The notes under the pieces are model-generated. The model saw nothing but the letters and a program-made list of their open reading frames with translations, ran no database searches and had not been told where the DNA came from. Below, piece after piece: positions 28,226 to 38,028 of a DNA stretch of 64,000 bases. How positions within the stretch are numbered: the first letter of the stretch is position 1; each line of letters opens with the position of its first letter. Position numbers and translations under genes: made by a program. The DNA is from a virus: IMG/VR virus record IMGVR_UViG_3300050132_000248, positions 32,001 through 96,000 of that record. One strand, 5' to 3'.

Positions 28226-28363
28226 ATGAAGTGTATAGGATGCCACAAATCAGTTTCATGCAGTTGCCAATTAGTAGATGGCTTATGCTTACAATGTAGA
28301 AAACTTAAGAAAGGAATAATCAATGCTGCACTCACGACTTACAAATTGTTCAGGAGCTACTGA
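28226..28363 (+). CDS. small Cys-rich protein (45 aa, MKCIGCHKSVSCSCQLVDGLCLQC...)
   Basis: Read manually; starts 1 nt after the previous stop; six Cys. Confidence 0.6.
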   Translation: MKCIGCHKSVSCSCQLVDGLCLQCRKLKKGIINAALTTYKLFRSY

Positions 28364-28919
28364 CATATCTATATTATTAAATGATATAGATTGCAAGTTG
28401 GTAAAACTTGGGAATGCATTATATGGGAATGCAGTCTATATGATGAATAATGATATTTCAGCAGTTGACATAATTGATTTATTAACATACAAAAGAATTC
28501 TTACCTTTAAACAGGTAAATCCTAATTATGCTTCAGTTGGAAGTTCATGGGGAGCAGAAATGATTGGTGATGTTATTCAATGGAACCAAACCAATCTTAT
28601 TTATAGAACACCTTACATCTTCTGGTGGAACAGAATAATCAAAGATGCTATTTCAACAGATACAATATTTCCTGATCTTATTCCACAAAAGACAGTTATC
28701 ACCACCATTAGTGTTGATAATTTAACTACTAATGGATTTCAACTTGTCATTCAGTTATCAGACACTACTGAGTTACTTAATGAATATATAAATCCATCTG
28801 GATTTTTAACATTAACACTTAACACACCAGTTAATTCATTGAGTGGAATTAATATCACATCTCCTTCATGGAATGGTGCAGAAATAAATCTTTCACTAAC
28901 TATTGAAAATCCATTTTAA
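28323..28919 (+). CDS. hypothetical tail-module protein (198 aa)
   Basis: ORF track; stop abuts ATG 28920. Confidence 0.7.
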   Translation: MLHSRLTNCSGATDISILLNDIDCKLVKLGNALYGNAVYMMNNDISAVDIIDLLTYKRILTFKQVNPNYASVGSSWGAEMIGDVIQWNQTNLIYRTPYIFWWNRIIKDAISTDTIFPDLIPQKTVITTISVDNLTTNGFQLVIQLSDTTELLNEYINPSGFLTLTLNTPVNSLSGINITSPSWNGAEINLSLTIENPF

Positions 28920-31900
28920 ATGAGAAAGATTTTAATATTTATATTGCTTTTATGGACAGGATTTCTTGTTGCTCAGAATCCTTTTAAAACTTCTAAGCTA
29001 ACTACTCCACTTATTTTTATACCTGATAATATAACTGCTCCTTCTCCTTCAACAGATTTTATATATCATATAGGGAGTGGTCTTTACTGGGGTAATCAAC
29101 TTCTTAATTTTGATACAACAGGAGTTGCAAAGAGAGGATGGGTAACAGCTACTTTTGAACCTAAGTTGGGAAATCCTCTTGTGAATGGATGTATATTATC
29201 TTCTACAACAGGAGGGTTAAGATCATGGATTCCTAAAAGTGGTATAATAGACACTACAATTTTAACAACCCTCTGGCATTTCAATCATTATGCTACATGG
29301 ACAGACAATGGCAATAATAAGCAAACCAGCAAGAGGGATACTGTACAAGTAGAATTTCTCAAACTTCCTAATGATGGACTTTCTGCAATAGACTTTGATA
29401 ATTACGATAGCACAACTATTTACAGTGATCGAAGTGGAAATTTGGTTTTATCAACCGATATGTACAATGGAAATTATTTTAATTTATCCAGACCAGCACC
29501 AGGTTATTCTGGATTCAGGATAGCAGCTCAAAATAAAATGAGCCCGATTACCGAAGAAATAAGTGGCAATTCAAATTTCGATAACCCATTTATAGATTTG
29601 TCTATTGTTTCAAAGGGTGAAAATACTTCTGATTTAAGATTTGATTCAACCGGAATGTGTTTTTACTTTTCAACACCCGGAATACATAGAATGAATTTAA
29701 TGAAAGACACGTTACCTTGTGATACCATATTTTCAAAACACTTAAAACTTGAAGATTTGTCAGGTTCAGGAACTTCATTGGGATTGGATTCTCACAATAA
29801 CGTAATAAAGACAAGTGTTGGTGATTATGATTCCATCTGGACTGAAGATTTAACATTAGGTCACCATTGGTTATATTTAAGACGTTTTAATGATAGTGTG
29901 GGAATAGGACTATCGCAACCAACTGCTAAATTAGACGTAAACGGAGAAATTAAAGCAACTGTAAATAGTGGGGATGCCATAAATGCAACTTCAATAACAG
30001 GAATTGGAGTTTATGCTAATGCTCCTGACAATGTAGGTGTATGGGGTGCGTCTTATAATGGTTCTGGGGTATATGGTTCTTCTACAAATAGCTATGGGGT
30101 ATACGGAAATAGTTATGCAAGCGATGGAGTTAAAGGCATTTCAATAACAGGATTTGCGGGTGAATTTATTGGTCTTACAAAGATGGATAGTGTTATTATT
30201 ACCCACGTCAAACTTCGCACAGGATTAGATACTATAATGGTAATAAATCACGATAGCTTGTATAAGCAACTATTACCCACCATCCCTGCTGGACAGATTC
30301 AATCTGATTGGAACCAGACAAATAATGTTTATCTCGACTTCATTAAGAATAAACCCAACCTTTCAATTTATCGTACATTGGGTAATCATGATTCACTTTC
30401 ACAGTTAAAGGAAAAAAGTTATAATGATCTGACTGATAAACCATCTTTCGTTAGCGGAACTGGCCCCCAAAATTATTTACCAGTGTGGTTATCAGGAGGA
30501 ATAAGTTTAGGTACGAGTATAATAAGTACAACGGGAACAGATATAACTTCTATTTCTACTTATAAAGGATTACATTCTGATGGACATAATATTTTTATGG
30601 GTGGTGGTGGTCAAAATTCCATAGGACAAGTGGGGTCAACTTATCTTGGAAGTAATAATACTGTTTATGGGAATCAATCTTTTATGAATAATACTAATGG
30701 TTATATGAATGTCGCCATTGGTAATACATCGTTATATAGTAATACAACGGGGATTGGTAATGTCGCCATTGGCGGTCAATCTTTGTTTAACAATAGTACA
30801 GGAAATTATAATATTGCCATTGGCTATGGTTCAATGATGCCTTCTAATGGTGACAATAATACTGCTATTGGGAAATCAACACTTATGACTAATACCACTG
30901 GAAGTCATAATACAGCAATAGGGTTTTTTTCTATGGAGGGAAACGAAACAGGATTTTATAATACCGCAATTGGAGAAAATAGTTTGGGAGAAGTATTATA
31001 TGGTTGGGGTAATACAGGATTGGGTAGTTATTCTTTATGGTTAAATTTTAATGGAAGTGACAATATTGGAATAGGAGATAGTGCTGGATTTAATGAAACA
31101 AGTTCATTTAATCTTTATATTGGTAAAGGAGATTCTACGACAGCTCCTATTTATGGAAAAATGTCTAAAAACAGATACAGAATAAACGGCAATTTACTTG
31201 TAAAAACCATTCCAATAGCAGGTTCACGGCCCAATTATGTTTTATCTCCAGACGCAAATAATAATATACAAAAATATTCATTTCCTTCTTATTCAGCCGG
31301 ATATGGATTAGGACTATCAGGAACTACCTTCTATAATTCACGTTATTGGGGAACACAGGATAGTCTTAAAACATCATTATCGGGATTGGTATTGGCAACA
31401 GCAGGTAAGCTGACAGCAATTACTAATAATTCTTCAAATTGGGATAGCGGATATGCTTACCGATTGACAGGAGCAACAGGTTCAGCACCCTTGACATTGG
31501 GATTAAGTGGTAATGCTTTAACAGGTTCGATAGATACCTCAACAGCAAAGACAGGTTTGGCAAACTTATATCAACTTGGATTGAAGGCTAATAAAGCCAC
31601 TACGATAACAATAAACGGAACAGGGTATGATCTATCCACCAATAGGAGTTGGTCTATTGCAGGTAGTGATACTTCGTTACTCAAGCACAAAAATGATACC
31701 GTGAATACCAAAACCGGATTCACTACTTTATACCAAAACGGTTTGAAGGCAAACAAATCAACCATCTTAACTATTAATGGTACGGCATACGATATTTCGG
31801 CTAATAGAAGCTGGACAATTGCCACTACCGACACCTCGCTTTTGAAGCACAAAAACGACAGTATAAATGCAAAGACAGGGTTCACTACCTTGTACCAAAA

Positions 31901-33134
31901 TAGTCTAAAGCAGAATAAGATCACCACTTCAGCCGACACTTCTAAGTTTGCATGGCATGACTTAACTATGCACAAAATTTATTACAGTAATATTCAGGCT
32001 ACTCCATTTACTTGGAGTTCGGATTATGGAGCTTGGCAATCTTCCAATCCATTTATATTCACTAATCCGGTTACTCTTTTCAACGGGTTGACAGTGCATG
32101 GAACACAGACGTGGGATGCTACCTATGCTGCCTCTTCGTTTGATTCAATAATAGGATTGACAAGCGGCACTGTTGGTAGGATGAAATGGTACTTACCTTT
32201 TTATGTTAAAGACAGTAACAAACAAGGTAATCCTATCACACTGAAATATGGTTATACTCATTATCAGCCTATTGGGAGTTATGGTACGGGATCAGTAACC
32301 AACATCACAATGGGTTACGGGTTATCTTCAACTCAATCACCGCTGACTACAACAGGAACGATGAAGGTTGATAGTACGGTGTTGGTTTCAACAGTAAGAT
32401 TAGGGCATCTTACAAGTTACCCGACTTTAAATCAATCCACAACAGGTAGTGCCGGAAGTGTTACTAATGCTCTTTCTAATGGATACGGAATTAACTCATT
32501 AACATATAATGGGAGTTCTGCATTATCAATAGTAGTAGATACTTCGCATATTTGGAGTTCTGTCAGGGCGGGACATCTGACGGCTTATCCTACATTGAAT
32601 CAGAATACCACAGGCACGGCTAACGTGGCTGGTGGAACCGTTGGGGCAGTGCCCTATCAAAGTGCGGCGAATACAACAGGAGTAGTAGCAGCAACAGCAA
32701 CAGCAGGATTACCTTTAATATCTGGCGCAAATGCCATACCAACTTGGGCAACCTCACCCCCACTTTATAAATCTACTATCAGGGAGTTGTTTCCGCCTGT
32801 ATTTGTTGATACCTCTGCATTAATTAGTACCGGAAAAGTTTTAATCGGTTATTCAGGAAATATAACGATTGACACTTTAATTTATGTTCTTAACAGACGT
32901 GCAGGAACACCATCAATAACACCTACTATTAAATATGGAACAGATTGGACGGCATCAGGCACATCAGTAGTGACAGCACCGGGGGCAGTAACTTCTTATT
33001 CAACACCGACAAAAGTATCAGGAGGTACATTAAACAATATCACTATTTCAGCAGGTAATCTTATCTGGATGACTTGGACAGAAACAGTAGCACCTAAAGA
33101 ATTATATGTAATTATTCTGGGACATTATAATTAA
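28920..33134 (+). CDS. tail-fibre/adhesin-like protein with Sec signal peptide (1404 aa)
   Basis: MRKILIFILLLWTGFLVA|Q signal; GVYG and NTAIG beta-roll repeats; QSDWNQ and YNDLTDKP fibre motifs; TINGTxYDLSxNRSW repeats. Confidence 0.75.
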   Translation: MRKILIFILLLWTGFLVAQNPFKTSKLTTPLIFIPDNITAPSPSTDFIYHIGSGLYWGNQLLNFDTTGVAKRGWVTATFEPKLGNPLVNGCILSSTTGGLRSWIPKSGIIDTTILTTLWHFNHYATWTDNGNNKQTSKRDTVQVEFLKLPNDGLSAIDFDNYDSTTIYSDRSGNLVLSTDMYNGNYFNLSRPAPGYSGFRIAAQNKMSPITEEISGNSNFDNPFIDLSIVSKGENTSDLRFDSTGMCFYFSTPGIHRMNLMKDTLPCDTIFSKHLKLEDLSGSGTSLGLDSHNNVIKTSVGDYDSIWTEDLTLGHHWLYLRRFNDSVGIGLSQPTAKLDVNGEIKATVNSGDAINATSITGIGVYANAPDNVGVWGASYNGSGVYGSSTNSYGVYGNSYASDGVKGISITGFAGEFIGLTKMDSVIITHVKLRTGLDTIMVINHDSLYKQLLPTIPAGQIQSDWNQTNNVYLDFIKNKPNLSIYRTLGNHDSLSQLKEKSYNDLTDKPSFVSGTGPQNYLPVWLSGGISLGTSIISTTGTDITSISTYKGLHSDGHNIFMGGGGQNSIGQVGSTYLGSNNTVYGNQSFMNNTNGYMNVAIGNTSLYSNTTGIGNVAIGGQSLFNNSTGNYNIAIGYGSMMPSNGDNNTAIGKSTLMTNTTGSHNTAIGFFSMEGNETGFYNTAIGENSLGEVLYGWGNTGLGSYSLWLNFNGSDNIGIGDSAGFNETSSFNLYIGKGDSTTAPIYGKMSKNRYRINGNLLVKTIPIAGSRPNYVLSPDANNNIQKYSFPSYSAGYGLGLSGTTFYNSRYWGTQDSLKTSLSGLVLATAGKLTAITNNSSNWDSGYAYRLTGATGSAPLTLGLSGNALTGSIDTSTAKTGLANLYQLGLKANKATTITINGTGYDLSTNRSWSIAGSDTSLLKHKNDTVNTKTGFTTLYQNGLKANKSTILTINGTAYDISANRSWTIATTDTSLLKHKNDSINAKTGFTTLYQNSLKQNKITTSADTSKFAWHDLTMHKIYYSNIQATPFTWSSDYGAWQSSNPFIFTNPVTLFNGLTVHGTQTWDATYAASSFDSIIGLTSGTVGRMKWYLPFYVKDSNKQGNPITLKYGYTHYQPIGSYGTGSVTNITMGYGLSSTQSPLTTTGTMKVDSTVLVSTVRLGHLTSYPTLNQSTTGSAGSVTNALSNGYGINSLTYNGSSALSIVVDTSHIWSSVRAGHLTAYPTLNQNTTGTANVAGGTVGAVPYQSAANTTGVVAATATAGLPLISGANAIPTWATSPPLYKSTIRELFPPVFVDTSALISTGKVLIGYSGNITIDTLIYVLNRRAGTPSITPTIKYGTDWTASGTSVVTAPGAVTSYSTPTKVSGGTLNNITISAGNLIWMTWTETVAPKELYVIILGHYN
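31547..31920 (+). repeat. about 2.3 copies of a 162-bp (54-aa) degenerate tandem repeat
   Basis: KTGxxxLYQxxLKxNK..TINGTxYDxSxNRSWxIA..DTSLLKHKND repeated. Confidence 0.85.
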
Positions 33135-33146
33135 AAACGAGCAATT

Positions 33147-33641
33147 ATGAAAACATTATTTGTAATTTATTTATTGTTTACAACAGGATTCATTAGTTTG
33201 ATTCTTTATCACGATTATAAGGATCATCATTATACAGGAGAGTGTAAAGGAGTGTTATCTGAAAAGGTTGAAAATTCATACTCGGTTACATCTATTGGAA
33301 GTGATGGATTAGATTGTTCTAAATGTAAAATACTAAAAAATAATGGTCATGCCTACATTGGCAGTCAGGCTATTAGTATTGATAAGAAAAAATGCAAACT
33401 ATTAAAAAACTTTAATCCACCCGAGGAACTTTATGGTATAACTATTCCTAAAAACGTTAAACTGATTAAGGTAAATTTCGATTGGTCAAAAGTTACAATA
33501 TCAAAATCAGATACATTTGAGTTACCAAAAAAGGTTACGCCTTATCTTTTTAATCATGGGTATCCTTATGCAACCGATAAATATGGAAGACCATTAGACA
33601 GTAATATTGAAGTTGATTCTATAATTTTTATAGATAAATAA
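33147..33641 (+). CDS. membrane-anchored hypothetical protein (164 aa)
   Basis: N-terminal hydrophobic MKTLFVIYLLFTTGFISLILY. Confidence 0.7.
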   Translation: MKTLFVIYLLFTTGFISLILYHDYKDHHYTGECKGVLSEKVENSYSVTSIGSDGLDCSKCKILKNNGHAYIGSQAISIDKKKCKLLKNFNPPEELYGITIPKNVKLIKVNFDWSKVTISKSDTFELPKKVTPYLFNHGYPYATDKYGRPLDSNIEVDSIIFIDK

Positions 33642-33679
33642 AAGTAAAATGAATTTCACACACACACTCACACACGCTT

Positions 33680-35113
33680 ATGAAAAGGGTAACTATTTTA
33701 TATAGGGTAATAGCTGTATGCGTTGCCCTTTTCTTTCTTCCCTTGCTCTCAATAGGGCAGCACTATCAGGCAGGTTCAGGTTCTACTCCTTCCACCGGCT
33801 GGACGCCTCCTGCTGCATGGGTTGATAGTACAGGTGCTATCACCACTTCTGTGATGGGTGCTGATGGAACTCTTGCTGCATCTACTATTAAAATCCTTGT
33901 CGATACACGTATGGCTAACCGTACCATTGCTTTCACTGTGACGGCTGCTAATGGCTATACGGTGAATTGGGGAAGGAAAGAAAGCGGGGTTAATTATGCT
34001 AACGGTGCTTTAGCAGAAAGAACTTATGATAGTACAAAATGTCAACGATATTGTGTTATCACTATAACCAAAACAGGTGCAGGGGCAATAACAGCCTTTA
34101 CAGTATCTCGTAGTACAACCTATGTAGCAACTCAAACTCAATATCCTCAATATCTATGGATAGCCGCTAATTATTCAGGTGCTGCACCTGTGATGTATAT
34201 TTCAAATTGTTATACTTGTAATTTAAAGGCAGCTTATTTAATAACTGTAACCTCGTTGGGGTCACAATGCTTTTACGATTGCTACGCCTTGCAGTCGGTG
34301 ACAATACCCAGTAGTGTAACCTCGTTGGGGACATATTGCTTTTCCTATTGCTACGCCTTGCAGTCGGTGACAATTCCGTCAGGCGTAACCTCGTTGGGGA
34401 CATATTGCTTTTCCTATTGCTACTCTTTACAGTCGGTGACAATACCCAGTAGTGTAACCTCGTTGGGGCCACAATGCTTTTACAGTTGCTACGCCTTGCA
34501 GTCGGTGACAATACCCAGTAGTGTAACCTCATTGGGGACAAATTGCTTTGCCAATTGCACCGCCTTGCAGTCGATAACTATCCTCAGTTCTGTAACCTCG
34601 ATTGGGGCAAATTGCTTTCAATATTGCTACGCCTTGCAGTCGATAACTATCCCATCAGGAACCACAAGCATACCAGCATCTATGTTTACAGGTGATGTAT
34701 CACTTAATAACGTAACTTATACGGGAACAGAAACAAGTGCAGAAGATCACGGAACAAATATGTTTTATCAATGCGAACAGCTTGACACCTTAAAAATGGC
34801 AGGGTTGAAAACTCAAAGATTTGCATTTTACGGACAAGCTGGTCAATTGAATAAATTAGGTTCAGTAGGCAACCTTCATAATGACAGCATACCTGTAAGG
34901 ATAAACTGGGCCGCTTCTACTTTTGCAAGTGGAACCGCACCGCAACTAGACCTATCTTATTGCTCGATGACCGAATTACAAATGAGGGCAATATTAAACT
35001 GTCTACCTACCGTTGTAGGAAAGCAAGTAAAATTATCGGGTAATCCCGGATATGCTTCATTAACAACGGCAGATAAAGCTAAAGCAGTAGCAAATGGATG
35101 GACAATAAATTAA
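33680..35113 (+). CDS. BspA-type (LRR_5/TpLRR) leucine-rich repeat protein with Sec signal peptide (477 aa)
   Basis: Six 23-aa repeats VTSLGxxCFxxCxALQSVTIPSS; signal ..LFFLPLLSIG|Q. Confidence 0.88.
   Translation: MKRVTILYRVIAVCVALFFLPLLSIGQHYQAGSGSTPSTGWTPPAAWVDSTGAITTSVMGADGTLAASTIKILVDTRMANRTIAFTVTAANGYTVNWGRKESGVNYANGALAERTYDSTKCQRYCVITITKTGAGAITAFTVSRSTTYVATQTQYPQYLWIAANYSGAAPVMYISNCYTCNLKAAYLITVTSLGSQCFYDCYALQSVTIPSSVTSLGTYCFSYCYALQSVTIPSGVTSLGTYCFSYCYSLQSVTIPSSVTSLGPQCFYSCYALQSVTIPSSVTSLGTNCFANCTALQSITILSSVTSIGANCFQYCYALQSITIPSGTTSIPASMFTGDVSLNNVTYTGTETSAEDHGTNMFYQCEQLDTLKMAGLKTQRFAFYGQAGQLNKLGSVGNLHNDSIPVRINWAASTFASGTAPQLDLSYCSMTELQMRAILNCLPTVVGKQVKLSGNPGYASLTTADKAKAVANGWTIN
34247..34660 (+). 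repeat. six 69-bp tandem repeats encoding the LRRs
   Basis: Units start GTAACCTC at 34247 and every 69 nt to 34592. Confidence 0.95.
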
Positions 35114-35230
35114 CCAACTAAAGAGAACACTGAATAAAGGATAACTCATTAAAATAACTGATATGGCACTACTCGAAACAGCCCAGCCTTAGATAAGATT
35201 TAAAAGTCAAACAAAATAAATTTATAAATT

Positions 35231-36352
35231 ATGACAACCTGCACAAATTGTTTTAGTGGTTGTGTGGAGACCACATCAGATAAATGTGTGAAATACACTG
35301 GGAACGATATTACGTTTCTGAATATTCATACAGGAGATTCCCTTGAATCAATTGAGGAACATATCACGGATTATATAGCTACTGTATTTAGTGGGATAGG
35401 TATAATGCCTGTAATTGAATCAACATTGATTTGTACTACTGTGAAGCAATTTCTTCCTTGTGATGATTGTGGTGCTCCTACATTAGTAGATATTCTCACT
35501 GCTATCATAGAAGCAATATGCTCACTTGAAACTCAGATTGTCGCTAATACAGCATCAATTAATACTATAGAGGCAACTTATGATGTAAGCTGTTTCAGTG
35601 GTACACCAATTGTAGGAACTCATGCTGTTCTTCAAGCAGCTATTACAACTCTCTGTGCAGCAATAGGAAATATAACAACATTGCAAAATCTTTTTGCAAC
35701 GTGTATTACAACCAGTAATATTAATACCTATATCCAGAATTATATAAATGCTCAGTCAAATGTCAATATGTATACCAAAATGGTACCATATGTCATTTAT
35801 CCTTTTTATCCAAGCACAACAATTATGTCAGGAGCATTTGACATCAATGGAATAGGATTGGGAACATGGCAGAATATATATCTCTGTAATGGATATGGTG
35901 GCTTCACTCCTGACTTAAGAGGAAGAAGTTTAATTGGAACAACAGATATGGGTGGTGGACCATTTAATCCTAATGTGGATCCCGGGAGTGGTAATCCAAC
36001 TTACAATCTAGGTACTCTGAATGGACAGAATTCTGTAACTCTTTCTTCTCCACAAATACCAGCACATACACATACAACTAATGTTGTAGTAACTGATCCT
36101 ACGGGTCTTGCAGAAATTCCATTTGGAGGTGGTGAGATTTTTACAACCATGAGTGGTGGTCAGTTCGCAATTACTGAAATTAATGGTGTAGGTAGTAGTG
36201 TAGCACCTGAGCAGAAATCAACTACTGTTCCAGTAACTATGACAGATCTTTCTGTAAGTGTTTCAATTAATCCAAATTCACCAGCAGGAAGTGCTCATAC
36301 AAATGTTCATCCTGTACTTGGTGTATATTATATTATGTTCATACCTTCTTAA
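35231..36352 (+). CDS. tail-collar domain protein (373 aa)
   Basis: LCNG..TPDLRGRSLIGT..G..SVTLSSPQIPAHTH..HTNVHPVLGVYYIM is the phage tail-collar pattern. Confidence 0.8.
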   Translation: MTTCTNCFSGCVETTSDKCVKYTGNDITFLNIHTGDSLESIEEHITDYIATVFSGIGIMPVIESTLICTTVKQFLPCDDCGAPTLVDILTAIIEAICSLETQIVANTASINTIEATYDVSCFSGTPIVGTHAVLQAAITTLCAAIGNITTLQNLFATCITTSNINTYIQNYINAQSNVNMYTKMVPYVIYPFYPSTTIMSGAFDINGIGLGTWQNIYLCNGYGGFTPDLRGRSLIGTTDMGGGPFNPNVDPGSGNPTYNLGTLNGQNSVTLSSPQIPAHTHTTNVVVTDPTGLAEIPFGGGEIFTTMSGGQFAITEINGVGSSVAPEQKSTTVPVTMTDLSVSVSINPNSPAGSAHTNVHPVLGVYYIMFIPS

Positions 36353-36365
36353 TAATTAGACAGTT

Positions 36366-37364
36366 ATGAGTGTAGTTGATTTTAGACAGTGTAAATATTT
36401 CTTTCTTCCTTTGAATCCAAAATGTACTACAACCACTAGTAGCACTACTATTTTTGTTCCTACTACTACAACATCAACTACTATCACAACGTCAACAACA
36501 AGTACAACTACAACAGTTTATCCTCCCATCACTACAACAACCACCACTACTACAACTTGTCATTGCTATACAGGATATATAGTAACGCCAGATGGAACTA
36601 AATGTTCAAAAACAATAACAACATTAGTCACTCCTCCAACTAATTTACAAGTGTCTGTTTCTAAGACTTACTCTCAGTATAGTAATTATGGAAGTATTCT
36701 GTTTAATCCTGGGTATAATTTAAATGGAACTACCTCAGCAGGATATCAAGTGTTACACACTAATCTATGGCAGAATATTCCAAATGATTTAGTGAGTGGT
36801 CCTATGAATAGATGTGGACTTTGGACTCCTACATATAATAATAATCAGGATGTTGGTTTTACTCATTGTATTACTGTTGGTACTACAAAGACATATTATA
36901 TTGCTGTAGGCTGTGATAATTATGCAATCATTCGTGTAGATGGAACTACTATAGTTTCTCAAGATGTTTCTGCTCTCACTACTCAATTTGGTGCAGGAGC
37001 ATCAGTAACCTTTAAATACTGGTTTATATATCCAATACAGTTAAATGCAGGATCTCATGTGATTGAAATGATTGGTCATAATATTTCAAGTATTGCAGCA
37101 TTAGGTACTGAAATTTATGATGCTACCTCAGATGATATTATTAATGCAACTGACTATACTACTTTTTATAATGCTCATATTATATTCAGTACAAAGGATA
37201 TGATAGGACAGGATATTGAAATTGGTACTGGTGGATTTGGTTGGACATGCCCAGATGGATATTCTTTAATCATGTGTAATGGAGCACCATATTGTACTAA
37301 TACAAGTTATCTAAACTGCGGTGCCACACCTCCAATTACAACTACTACAACCTTATTATTATAG
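36366..37364 (+). CDS. Thr-linker protein with PA14-like beta domain (332 aa)
   Basis: Poly-Thr tracts; YIAVGCDNYAIIRVDG..IQLNAGSHVIEM resembles PA14-type domains. Confidence 0.6.
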   Translation: MSVVDFRQCKYFFLPLNPKCTTTTSSTTIFVPTTTTSTTITTSTTSTTTTVYPPITTTTTTTTTCHCYTGYIVTPDGTKCSKTITTLVTPPTNLQVSVSKTYSQYSNYGSILFNPGYNLNGTTSAGYQVLHTNLWQNIPNDLVSGPMNRCGLWTPTYNNNQDVGFTHCITVGTTKTYYIAVGCDNYAIIRVDGTTIVSQDVSALTTQFGAGASVTFKYWFIYPIQLNAGSHVIEMIGHNISSIAALGTEIYDATSDDIINATDYTTFYNAHIIFSTKDMIGQDIEIGTGGFGWTCPDGYSLIMCNGAPYCTNTSYLNCGATPPITTTTTLLL

Positions 37365-37387
37365 AATAATTAATAACACTTAACCAA

Positions 37388-37918
37388 ATGAATGTATATA
37401 TTAAACTTTTAGTAGCAGGAGCAAATGTTGGTCCATTTGATCTATATTCAAATGTAGACAGTTTTGCAACAGCATTTGAAACAGGAGTGGCAAAAGCATC
37501 TCTTGTTAGTGGATATACAGCCACTGATGTACCAAATGAAACAACACAAATTAAGATAGTGTCTACGGGTAATTGCACTAATTTCATTATTCTTGATATT
37601 GGAATACCTACAACTACTACAACCACCTTATATCCTCCTACTACATCAACTACTACAACTCATGCTACAACCACTACAACCACTACTGCTCGTCCTTATT
37701 ATACAATAAAAGATTGTAACTCAGAGACAGAGTATTGTGTCTCAACATATTGCCCTCCTACAATAGGAGATGTGGTTCAATATCAAATGGGATATCCAAT
37801 TCCTTCAGGAACAATTCTTTGTGGAACTATTGAAGGAACTTCTGTAGATACACCCGTTGGTGTTATATATGATTGTGCTCCACGTATTTGTGGAGAAACT
37901 CCTTGTGGTATAGAATAA
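37388..37918 (+). CDS. two-domain Thr-linker virion protein (176 aa)
   Basis: N-domain (AGANVGPFDLY..KIVSTGNC) paralogous to the N-terminus of 46060..46923. Confidence 0.7.
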   Translation: MNVYIKLLVAGANVGPFDLYSNVDSFATAFETGVAKASLVSGYTATDVPNETTQIKIVSTGNCTNFIILDIGIPTTTTTTLYPPTTSTTTTHATTTTTTTARPYYTIKDCNSETEYCVSTYCPPTIGDVVQYQMGYPIPSGTILCGTIEGTSVDTPVGVIYDCAPRICGETPCGIE

Positions 37919-37930
37919 CAAGTCTTGATA

Positions 37931-38006
37931 TAACTAATTTAGTTAAATGAGTTAATGATTTTAGTTAAATTAGTTTTGGTTCTTCCAAATAGAGTTCGTA
38001 CCTTTA
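37931..38006 (+). promoter_or_regulatory. tandem palindromic operators plus -33/-7 promoter
   Basis: TAACTA-ATT-TAGTTA 37931..37945, TAATGA-TTT-TAGTTA 37953..37967, TTTG 37975..37978, TACCTTTA 37999..38006. Confidence 0.6.
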
Positions 38007-38028
38007 TGTCGTTTTTAATATCATATCT

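Noticed and set aside
28920-33134. Trimeric autotransporter or T9SS cargo
   Set aside because: No C-terminal YadA-type barrel ending in an aromatic residue and no recognisable T9SS CTD.
34247-34660. CRISPR array
   Set aside because: Units are contiguous in-frame 69-bp coding repeats with no unique spacers.
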